This document shows positions 55,278-64,000 of a stretch of 64,000 bases of DNA, in pieces. The translations under genes and the position numbers were made by a program. Source of the DNA: an uncultured bacterium (GTDB lineage Bacteria > Krumholzibacteriota > Krumholzibacteriia > JACNKJ01). The stretch lies in the NCBI GenBank assembly GCA_963695095.1, contig CAVOFT010000001.1, positions 576,001 through 640,000 of the forward strand, read 5' to 3'. Every line of letters starts with the position of its first letter. Position 1 is the first letter of the stretch. Below the pieces are notes generated by a model. That model worked only from the letters and a program-made list of their open reading frames with translations, did not search any database and had not been told where the DNA came from.

Positions 55278-58200
55278 CGGCGACGGACGCATTCCCTGGA
55301 TCAAGGACAAGGTTTCGCCGGAATCCCGCGGCTGGGAGGAGTTCTACCGGAACCGCTGGCAGCACGACAAGGTCGTGCGCAGCACCCACGGCGTGAACTG
55401 CACGGGCAGCTGCACCTGGAACATCCACGTCAAGGACGGGATCGTCACCTGGGAGATGCAGGGTCTGGACTACCCCCTGCTCGAGAAGAGCCTGCCGCCC
55501 TACGAGCCGCGCGGCTGCCAGCGCGGCATCTCCTACTCCTGGTACCTCTACAGCCCGCTGCGCGTGAAGTACCCCTACATCCGCGGCGCCCTGCTCGACC
55601 GGTGGAAGATCGCGCGCATGACGCACGCCGATCCGGTGGCGGCCTGGGCCTCGCTCGTCGAGGACGACGTCGCCCGCCAGGCCTGGCAGCGCGCGCGAGG
55701 CAAGGGGGGACTGCGGCGCACGGACTGGGATACGGTCCTGGACATCATGGCCGCGGCGAACCTCTACACCGCCAAGAAGCACGGCCCGGATCGCATCACC
55801 GGCTTCTCGCCGATTCCAGCCATGTCGATGATCAGCTACGCGGCGGGAGCGCGGATGCTGCAGCTGATGGGCGGCGTGGCCCTTTCCTTCTACGACTGGT
55901 ACTGCGACCTGCCCAACGCCTCGCCGGAGGCCTGGGGCGAGCAGACCGACGTGCAGGAGTCCGCCGACTGGTACAACGCGAAGCTGCTGGCGGTCATGGG
56001 CTCGAACCTGAACATGACGCGCACGCCGGACTGCCACTTTGCGGCCGAGGCCCGCCACAACGGCACGAAGATGTACGTCTTCGCGCCGGACTTCAACCAG
56101 GTGGCCAAGTACGCCGACCAGTGGGTGCCCGTGAACGCGGGTCAGGACGGCGCCTGGTGGATGGCCGTCAATCACGTGCTCCTCAAGGAATTCCATCACG
56201 AAGCCAAGGTGCCCTACTTCCTCGACTACACCAGGCGCTACACGGACGCGCCGCTCCTCGTCGAACTCGAGCAGGGCAAGGGGGGGCTGCGGCCAGGCCA
56301 GCTCCTGCGGGCGAACCGCATCGCGGCCTACGCCGGCACCGAGCACGGTGACTGGAAGTTCCTTCTCTGGGACGCGAAGACGAACGGCCCCAAGATGCCC
56401 GGAGGCTCCGCCGGCTTCCGCTGGGCGGAAAAGGAGAAGGGCCACTGGAACCTGCTCGCCAAGGATCCCAGTGACGGCGCCCAGTTCGATCCCGTCCTCA
56501 GCTTCATGGACGCGAACGACGGCGTCGAGCAGATCCTGCTGGACGACTTCGGCGAGGGCCGGGCCCTAGCGCGGGGCGTGCCGGTGAAGAGGATCGCGAC
56601 CGCCGACGGCAAGACCGTCATCGTGGCGACGATCTACGATGTCCTGATGGCCCAGTACGGCGTGCCGCGCGGGCTGGCCGGCGACTACCCGCAGAGCTAC
56701 GACGACGAGGACGCGCCCTACACGCCCGCCTGGGCCGAGAAGTACACCGGCATCGGCCGCGAGGACCTGCTTCAGTTCGCCAGGGAGTGGGGCGTCACGG
56801 CCGAGAAGACGAACGGCAAGTGCACGATCATCATCGGCGCCGGCATCAACCACTGGTACCACGCCAACCTGATGTACCGCGCCGGCATTCACGCGCTGAT
56901 GTTCTGCGGCTGCGTCGGCGTCAACGGCGGCGGACTCGCCCACTACGTCGGCCAGGAGAAGCTGGCCCCCGGCGAGCCCTGGGGCGCCATCGCCTTCGCG
57001 AAGGACTGGTACGGCCCCTCGCGCCTGCAGAACGCGCCGTCCTGGCACTACGTCCACACCGATCAGTGGCGCTACGAGACGCGCGTTCACGGACTACCAC
57101 ACCGTGCCGCCCGGGCAGGAGCCCGGCTCGCTGGCCCAGGGGCACGCGATGGATACCCAGGTGAGGGCGGTGCGCAACGGCTGGCTGCCCTTCTACCCCC
57201 AGTTCGCCAAGAACAGCCTCGATCTGGCCACGGAGGCGCAGGCTGCCGGCGCGAAGACCGACGCCGAGATCGCCGACTACGTGGCGAAGCAGCTGAAGGA
57301 GGACCGGCTGGATTTCTCCGTGGCGGATCCCGACGCGCCGGCGAACTGGCCGCGGGTCTGGTACATCTGGCGGGGCAACGCGCTGATGTCCTCGAGCAAG
57401 GGCCACGAGTACTTCCTCAAGCACTACCTGGGGACGCACACGAACGCCATTGCCGACGACGACTACGCCAAGGGCGCCGTGCACGAGGTGAAGTGGCACG
57501 AGCACGCCCCGCTGGGAAAGATGGACCTGGTCGTGGACCTCAACTTCCGCATGGACACCTCCGCGCTCTACTCGGACATCATCCTGCCGGCGGCCACCTG
57601 GTACGAGAAGGCCGACCTGAACTCCACGGACATGCACAGCTTCATCCATCCCCTGTCGGCGGCCGTGCCGCCCTGCTGGGAATCGAAGAGCGACTGGCAG
57701 ATCTTCCGGGCAATCGCCAAGCGCTTCTCCGAGCTGGCGCCCGCGCACTTCCCGGACAAGGTGAAGGATGTGGTCGTCGTGCCGCTGGCGCACGACAGCC
57801 CGGCGGAGATCGCCCAGACGAAGATCGCGGACTGGAAGAAGGGCGAGGTGGAGGCCATCCCCGGCAAGACGATGCCGGGCATCAAAGTGGTCGAGCGCGA
57901 CTACCGCAACCTGCACAACCAGTACATCTCCTTCGGCCCGCTCGCGCGTGCGAACGGGCTGGGCGCCCACGGCACGCACTACGGGATCGAGGATTTCTAC
58001 GACGAGTTGAATGCGTCCCCGGTGACGGAGACCTGGGCGGGCGCGAAGTACCCGTCCTTGAAGCGGGATGAGGACGTGTGCAACACGATCCTGCAGCTCG
58101 CCACCGTGACCAACGGCGAGCTCGCCTACCGCAGCTACCAGGACATGGAGAAGCGGACGGGTCTGCCGCTGGCCCACCTGGCGGAGAAGAACCGCGGCCT

Positions 58201-58975
58201 GCGCACGGACTACGCCGGCCTGCAGGCCCAGCCGCGCCGCTTCGTGAACAGCCCGATGTGGTCGGGCCTGATCGAGGACGGCAGGGCCTACTCGCCCTTC
58301 ACCTACAACAAGGAAGCGCTGGTGCCCTGGCGGACGCTGACCGGGCGCCAGCACTTCTACCTCGACCACCCGGGCTACATCCAGTTCGGGGAACACCTGC
58401 CCACGTACAAGCCGAAGCCGCTGCCGACGCAGTACGCGGATCTCAGGGTGACCGACGCCGAGGCGCGCTTCGAGAAGGGCGTCCCCCTCACCGTGGGCTC
58501 GCCCCAGGGCGACAGCCCCTCGCTGATGCTCAACTACCTCACGCCCCATGGCAAGTGGCACATCCACTCCACCTACGGGGACAACCAGCGCATGACGACG
58601 CTGTCGCGCGGCATCGAGCCCTTCTGGATCAACCACAAGGACGCGGAATCGATCGGCATCGAGGACAACGACTGGGTGGAGGTCCACAACGATCATGGCG
58701 TCGTGGTGACGCGCGCAGCGGTGAGTGCCCGGATTCCGCGAGGGGTATGCATCATCTACCACTCGCCCGAGCGTACCTACTCGGTGCCGAAGTCACCGCT
58801 CCGGGGCCAGCGCCGAGCCGGCGGCCACAACAGCCTCACGCGCACGCGGCTCAAGCCGAATCTCATGGTGGGAGGGTACGGGCAGTTCACCTTTCACTTC
58901 AACTACTGGGGCCCGGTGGGCTGCAATCGCGACACGCACATCATCGTGCGCAAGCTGCCCGCCCTCCACTGGTAG
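55270..58975 (+). CDS. narG: Respiratory nitrate reductase alpha subunit (one frameshift near 57085)
   Basis: [74 protein letters not shown]; no Tat signal. Confidence 0.95.
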
Positions 58976-58989
58976 CCGAGGAGATCAGC

Positions 58990-60480
58990 ATGGAAGTCAG
59001 ATCGCAGATCTCGATGGTCTTCCACCTCGACAAGTGCATCGGCTGCCACACTTGCAGCATCGCCTGCAAGAACGTGTGGACCGACCGCAAGGGCACGGAA
59101 TACATGTGGTGGAACAACGTGGAGACGAAACCAGGAACAGGCTATCCGACGAAGTGGGAGGATCAGGGCATCTACAACGGCGGCTGGAAGGTGGATGCGA
59201 ACCGCCTGCGCCTGCGCTCGACCGACAAGGGCCGCGCCTTCACCAATATCTTCCACCACCCGAGCCAACCCATTCTCGACGACTACTACCACCCCTGGAC
59301 CTACAAGTACGAGGAGCTGTTCAACGCCCCCGAGGGCGACGATCAGCCGACGGCGCGGCCGATCTCGATGATCACGGGCGAGCCGATCGACGTCGAGGCC
59401 GGCCCGAACTGGGACGACGATCTCGGCGGCTCCCAGATCTACGCGGCCAACGACCCGAATCTCTCCTCGCTCACCGAGGAGCAGAAGGAGCAGCTCCAGG
59501 CCATCGAGCGCCTCGTGTTCTTCTACTTCCCGCGCATCTGCAACCACTGCCTGAACCCCGCCTGCGTGGCCGCCTGCCCCTCCGGCGCGCTCTACAAGCG
59601 CGGGGAGGACGGCATCGTCCTCATCGATCAGAAGGTCTGCCGCGGCTGGCGCAATTGCGTGGCCGCCTGCCCGTACAAGAAGAGCTACTACAACTGGAAC
59701 ACGGGCAAATCCGAGAAATGCATCCTCTGCTTCCCGCGCGTGGAGACCGGGCAGGCCCCGGCCTGCTTCCACTCCTGCGTCGGACGCATCCGCTACCTGG
59801 GCGTGCTCCTCTACGACGCGGCGCGGATCGAGGAGTTCGCGAAGACGCCGGACGAGGGCTTGATCGAGGCGCAACGCGACCTGATCCTCGATCCCCACGA
59901 TCCGGAGGTCATCGCGGAGGCGAGGCGGGCCGGCATCTCCGACAGCGTCGTCGAGTCGGCGCAGAACTCGCCGGTCTACAAGTTCGTCAAGGAGTGGAAG
60001 ATCGCGTTGCCGCCGCACATCGAGTACCGCACGATGCCGATGCTCTTCTACGTGCCGCCACTATCGCCCGTCATGCACAGCCAGCGGGAAAAGACGGTGT
60101 CGCGCGTCTCGGAGCAGTTCTTCCATGAGATCGACGACGCCCGCGTGCCCATTCAGTTCCTTGGCAACCTCTTCGGGGCGGGGCAGACCGAGCACGTCCG
60201 CTACGCGCTGAAGAAGCAGATGGCCGTGCGCCTGATGCGCAGGGAACTCACGGTCGGCGACCTCGACTCGAACGACGCGCTGCGCGCCTTGCAGGAGGCT
60301 GACTCGACGCCCGAGGAGGCGGAAGCGATCTACCGGCTCACCTCGCTCTGCACCTTCGCGGATCGCTTCGTCATCCCGCCGGCGCATCGCGAGGAGGCCA
60401 TCGAGATGATGAAGGATCCCATGACCCACAAGCAGCAGGTCGGCTTCGGCTTCGTCGACGGCCCGGAGCGCGGCAAGTGA
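58990..60480 (+). CDS. narH: Respiratory nitrate reductase beta subunit
   Basis: MVFHLDKCIGCHTCSIACKNVW; PRICNHCLNPACVAACPSGA; CRGWRNCVAACPYKK; EKCILCFPR. Confidence 0.96.
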   Translation: MEVRSQISMVFHLDKCIGCHTCSIACKNVWTDRKGTEYMWWNNVETKPGTGYPTKWEDQGIYNGGWKVDANRLRLRSTDKGRAFTNIFHHPSQPILDDYYHPWTYKYEELFNAPEGDDQPTARPISMITGEPIDVEAGPNWDDDLGGSQIYAANDPNLSSLTEEQKEQLQAIERLVFFYFPRICNHCLNPACVAACPSGALYKRGEDGIVLIDQKVCRGWRNCVAACPYKKSYYNWNTGKSEKCILCFPRVETGQAPACFHSCVGRIRYLGVLLYDAARIEEFAKTPDEGLIEAQRDLILDPHDPEVIAEARRAGISDSVVESAQNSPVYKFVKEWKIALPPHIEYRTMPMLFYVPPLSPVMHSQREKTVSRVSEQFFHEIDDARVPIQFLGNLFGAGQTEHVRYALKKQMAVRLMRRELTVGDLDSNDALRALQEADSTPEEAEAIYRLTSLCTFADRFVIPPAHREEAIEMMKDPMTHKQQVGFGFVDGPERGK

Positions 60481-61095
60481 GTGGCCCGACGCCGAGGGCC
60501 TGGGACCTGCTTGCGGGGCTCCTCGCCTACCCCAAAGCCGGCTACGCCGGCAGGGTCGCGGCTTCGCTGCCGCCCCTCGTCGAGTGGTGCCCGCGCGCCG
60601 AGCCGGCGCTGCGGGCCTTCGCTGCGTTCGTCGCCTCGCATGCGGAGACGGACCTCGAGGAGCGCTACACGCGGACCTTCGACGTGAACCCCACCTGCGC
60701 GCTCGAGATCGGCTGGCATCTCTTCGGGGAGCAGTACGAGCGGGGCGCCTTCATGGTGGACATGCGTGTGCAGCTCAGGCGCCATGGGATTCCCGAGAGC
60801 ACGGAGCTGCCCGATCATCTCGTCCACGCGCTGCCGCTGGCGGGGCGACTGGCGGCAGATGAAGCCGCCGCCTTCGCCACCGACGGGCTGCTGCCCGCCC
60901 TGGCCAAGATGCGCGCGCCCTTTGCCGACGGGGAGAACCCCTACGGACGCCTGCTCGAGGCGATCGAAACCGCCGTCGTCGTCAAGCTGGCGCCGCAGGA
61001 GGCACGGCGTCGCGCATGCAGCCGATGCGACGGCTGCGGGCGGCGACAACGGCTCGCGCCCCCGCACCGCCGAACCCCAGGAGGAGGATCCTTGA
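60477..61095 (+). CDS. narJ: Nitrate reductase molybdenum cofactor assembly chaperone (frameshift near 60990 fuses it to narI in the ORF track)
   Basis: LEERYTRTFD; LFGEQYERGAFM; ELPDHL; ENPY; natural TGATG overlap at 61093-61097. Confidence 0.88.
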
Positions 61096-61820
61096 TGGCA
61101 AGCCCCACCGTCTTCTTTGCCGCGGCGTTTCCCCAGCTCGACCTCTTTCTCCTCGCCGTCTTGCCCTACCTGGCCATTGCGCTCTTCCTCGTGGTCAGCA
61201 TCGCGCGGTATCGCGGCAGGCCCTTCACCTATTCCAGCCTGTCGTCGCAATTCCTCGAGAACCGCAAGCACTTCTGGGGCCTCGTCCCCTTCCACTACGG
61301 TCTGCTCATCGTCCTCACGGGCCACCTCGTGGCGTTTCTCGTGCCGTCGGCCATCATCGCCTGGAACGGCGATCCGCTGCGCCTGCTCATTCTCGAAGTC
61401 TCCGCGCTGGCCTGCGGGCTTCTGACGCTGGTTGGCCTCGTGCTCAGCATCTGGCGCCGCTTCTCTGGCAAGAGCCTGCGCGTCGTGAGCAGCCCCCTGG
61501 ACTGGGTACTGCTCGCGATTCTCCTCTTCCAGATCACGGGCGGCGTCGATCTCGCGCTCCGTCACGGCTGGGGCTCTTCCTGGTTTGCCGGAGTGGTGAC
61601 GCCCTACCTCTGGTCGCTCTTCCGGCTGAACCCGGACATTGCGCTCGTCAGCGCGATGCCGCTCATGGTGAAGCTGCACTTCACTTCAGCCTGGCTCCTG
61701 ATTGCCGTGTTCCCGTTCACGCGTCTGGTGCATGCGCTCGTGATGCCGCTGATGTATCTCACGCGGCGCACCCAGGTCGTCCGCTGGTACCGCCAGCCCA
61801 CGCGGCGGCACAGCGCCTAG
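61095..61820 (+). CDS. narI: Respiratory nitrate reductase gamma subunit (cytochrome b)
   Basis: GGAGG RBS; YSSLSSQFLE; PFHYGLLIVLTGH; KLH; FPFTRLVH. Confidence 0.93.
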   Translation: MASPTVFFAAAFPQLDLFLLAVLPYLAIALFLVVSIARYRGRPFTYSSLSSQFLENRKHFWGLVPFHYGLLIVLTGHLVAFLVPSAIIAWNGDPLRLLILEVSALACGLLTLVGLVLSIWRRFSGKSLRVVSSPLDWVLLAILLFQITGGVDLALRHGWGSSWFAGVVTPYLWSLFRLNPDIALVSAMPLMVKLHFTSAWLLIAVFPFTRLVHALVMPLMYLTRRTQVVRWYRQPTRRHSA

Positions 61821-61838
61821 AGTCGGGGAGGATTCGCC

Positions 61839-63461
61839 ATGAGCAGGATCGAGCGCTGGGACGTCGAGGATGCGGGCTTCTGGGAGTCGACGGGCAAGCG
61901 CATCGCCCACCGCAACCTCTGGGTATCGATCCCGAACCTGCTGCTCGGCTTCGCGGTCTGGCTCTACTGGGGCATGGTCGCGAAGTTCATCCAGAAGATC
62001 CACTTCGCCAACCCCGAGCTGTTCAACTTCTCCTTCATGAACGGGGGCGAGCCCCACAGCGGGGACGCCTACCGCGCACTGCTCTTCACGCTGCCCGCCG
62101 TCGCCGGCCTGGCCGGCGCCACGCTGCGCATCCCCAATTCCTTCATGATCGCCATCTGCGGCGGCAGGAACGTCAAGTTCATGACCTCCGTCCTCCTGCT
62201 GCTGCCGGCCCTCGGCGCGGGGATCGGCCTCCAGCATGCGGATACGCCCTTCGGCGTGTTCATCCTGCTGGCGGCGATGTCCGGCGTGGGCGGCGGCGCT
62301 TTCGCCTCCTCGATGTCCAATATCAGCTTCTTCTTCCCGAAGCGCATGCAGGGCCTGTCCCTCGGCCTGAATGCGGGGCTCGGCAACCTCGGCGTCAGCC
62401 TCATGCAGTTCTTGCTGCCCTGGATCATCACCTTCGGGGCCTTCGGCGCCCTCGGCGGCGAGCCCACCCTCGTCGGCGGCAAGGAACTGTGGGTCCAGAA
62501 CGCCGGCCTCGTCTGGGTGCCCATCCTGGCCTTCTTCGCCATCCTCGCCTTCCTGCTGATGAACAACCTGCCGCAGCACCGCTGCGGCCCGACGGCCGTC
62601 GCCATCGGCAAGTACCTCTGGCTCACATGTCTCGGCTTCATCGGAGCCGGCGTCGGCATCGCGCTCCTGATCCTGCCCTGGGGCGGATTTCCCGCCCTGC
62701 TCAAGACCTTCATCGTGCTCGTCGTCGCCGTGGCCACCACGCTCCTCGCCATGCGTACGCTGACCTCGAAGGAGACGAAGGCGAACCTCATCGGCCAGTT
62801 CCGGATCTTCGACAACAAGCACAACTGGATCATGACCTGGCTCTACACGATGACCTTCGGCTCCTTCATCGGCTATGCCAACGCCTTCCCCAAGCTGATC
62901 GACGACGTGTTCGGCGTCATCCGCGTCGGACCGGACGGCGCATTGCTGGCCGAGGGCATCGTGAATCCGAACGCGCCGCTCTCCGCGAAGTTCATCTGGA
63001 TCGGCGCCGGCGTCGGCGCCCTCATCCGCCCCCTGGGCGGCTGGCTGTCGGACAAGCTGGGCGGCGCCAGGGTCACGCACTGGACCACGATCGTCATGAT
63101 CTTCGCAACGATCGGCGCTGGGTACTTCGTCGCCCAGGCCAATCGTTCGCCGCATCCCGAGCAGTACTTCCTGCCCTTCCTGCTGCTGTTCATCCTGCTG
63201 TTCGCCACGACGGGCATCGGCAACGGATCCACCTTCCGCATGATCCCGATCATCTTCTCGAAGGAGCAGGCCGGACCCGTGCTCGGCTGGACCAGCGCGA
63301 TCGCGGCCTACGGCGCCTTCCTGATTCCGATGATCTTCGCCATGCAGATCGAGGCGGGAACGACGCAGTACGCGCTCTATGGCTTCGCGGCCTATTACCT
63401 GAGCTGCCTGGTCGTGAACTGGTGGTTCTACGCGCGCAAGAACGCCGAAATCGCCTGCTAG
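61839..63461 (+). CDS. narK: MFS nitrate/nitrite transporter (NarK2-type antiporter-like)
   Basis: WDVEDAGFWESTGKRIAHRNLWVSI; GGGAFASSMSNISFFFPK; GLNAGLGNLG; GIGNGSTFRMIP. Confidence 0.92.
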   Translation: MSRIERWDVEDAGFWESTGKRIAHRNLWVSIPNLLLGFAVWLYWGMVAKFIQKIHFANPELFNFSFMNGGEPHSGDAYRALLFTLPAVAGLAGATLRIPNSFMIAICGGRNVKFMTSVLLLLPALGAGIGLQHADTPFGVFILLAAMSGVGGGAFASSMSNISFFFPKRMQGLSLGLNAGLGNLGVSLMQFLLPWIITFGAFGALGGEPTLVGGKELWVQNAGLVWVPILAFFAILAFLLMNNLPQHRCGPTAVAIGKYLWLTCLGFIGAGVGIALLILPWGGFPALLKTFIVLVVAVATTLLAMRTLTSKETKANLIGQFRIFDNKHNWIMTWLYTMTFGSFIGYANAFPKLIDDVFGVIRVGPDGALLAEGIVNPNAPLSAKFIWIGAGVGALIRPLGGWLSDKLGGARVTHWTTIVMIFATIGAGYFVAQANRSPHPEQYFLPFLLLFILLFATTGIGNGSTFRMIPIIFSKEQAGPVLGWTSAIAAYGAFLIPMIFAMQIEAGTTQYALYGFAAYYLSCLVVNWWFYARKNAEIAC

Positions 63462-63491
63462 CTGCGCAGCGCGGGGAGGGGAACCCGGGCC

Positions 63492-64000
63492 ATGGAGATC
63501 AAGAACAAGGCGACGAGCATCGAGCTCTTCAGCCTGAGGACGCCGCAGATGCGCGCGTTCCACATGAGCTGGTTTGCCTTCTTCCTCTGCTTCTTCGCCT
63601 GGTTCGGCATCGCACCGCTGATGGCGATAGTGCGGGGCGAGCTGGGCCTCACCAAGGAGCAGATCGGCAACACCATCATCGCCTCCGTGGCGATCACGGT
63701 GGTGGCGCGGCTGTTCATCGGCTGGCTCTGCGACCGCATCGGCCCGCGACTCGCCTACACCTGGCTCCTGATCTTCGGCTCGCTGCCCGTCATGGGCATC
63801 GGATTGGCTCACGACTACACCAGCTTCCTGCTCTTCCGACTGGGCATCGGCACGATCGGCGCTTCCTTCGTGATCACCCAGTACCACACCTCCGTGATGT
63901 TCGCGCCGAACGTCGTCGGCACGGCGAATGCTACTTCGGCTGGCTGGGGCAACCTGGGCGGCGGCGTGACGCAGATGATCATGCCGTTCATCTTTGCGCT
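63492..64000 (+). CDS. narK: Second MFS nitrate transporter (NarK1/NRT2-type), truncated by the window end
   Basis: MEIKNKATSIELFSLRTPQMRAFHMSWFAFFLCFFAWFGIAP...FVITQYHTSVMFAPNVVGTANATSAGWGNLGGG. Confidence 0.9.
   Translation, partial: MEIKNKATSIELFSLRTPQMRAFHMSWFAFFLCFFAWFGIAPLMAIVRGELGLTKEQIGNTIIASVAITVVARLFIGWLCDRIGPRLAYTWLLIFGSLPVMGIGLAHDYTSFLLFRLGIGTIGASFVITQYHTSVMFAPNVVGTANATSAGWGNLGGGVTQMIMPFIFA

Noticed and set aside
58078..60480. 800-aa ORF extending narH upstream
   Set aside because: The extension is an alternative frame of narG; narH starts at ATG 58990 after GAGGAG.
60477..61820. NarJ-NarI fusion ORF (447 aa)
   Set aside because: A canonical TGATG stop/start overlap with a GGAGG RBS exists at 61093-61097; one indel near 60990 explains the read-through.
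20100..63887. Numerous long Arg/Ala/Pro-rich antisense or alternate-frame ORFs (e.g. 20100..22202, 29901..31814, 36471..38447, 61686..63887)
   Set aside because: Shadow ORFs expected at high GC; they overlap well-supported genes and carry no recognisable motifs.

Overview
High-GC (roughly 70%, by eye) Gram-negative bacterial chromosome segment. Three secreted proteins end in a 'PNPFNP..T' FlgD-Ig/T9SS-type sorting domain, which suggests an FCB-group lineage such as Krumholzibacteriota, Latescibacterota or Eisenbacteria (inference). Many genes carry single-base frameshifts typical of an unpolished long-read assembly, so gene models were stitched across frames. Five blocks: (1) 1-12.1 kb: two large secreted multidomain proteins sharing a ~430-aa C-terminal cassette (FN3-like, dockerin-like, cohesin-like, FlgD-Ig). 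(2) 12.2-35 kb: an envelope/general-stress island. It encodes a XylR_N/V4R sigma-54 activator, a duplicated DUF948/YtxH pair, small stress membrane proteins, Hsp20, DnaJ, DUF4398/OmpA, beta-barrels, an NdvB/Cgs cyclic beta-1,2-glucan synthase, and a Gly-Gly/TM-tailed PA2779-like protein next to a C39-peptidase-TPR-POTRA-barrel fusion. Three -24/-12 promoters there are each preceded by the same tandem ATCA-N3-TGAT-like boxes with a 20-bp period, which defines a probable complete regulon. (3) 35-43 kb: holin-like protein, DUF4159, DUF4175-like, TPR and GATase-like operon. (4) 43-53 kb: 14-repeat FG-GAP protein, alpha/beta hydrolase lipoprotein, TPM pair, ZU5-like lipoprotein. (5) 53-64 kb: tetR-ric-cytochrome c-narGHJI-narK-narK respiratory nitrate reductase operon behind a perfect operator palindrome and an apparently leaderless promoter. 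No rRNA, tRNA, CRISPR array, transposase or integrase was recognised.
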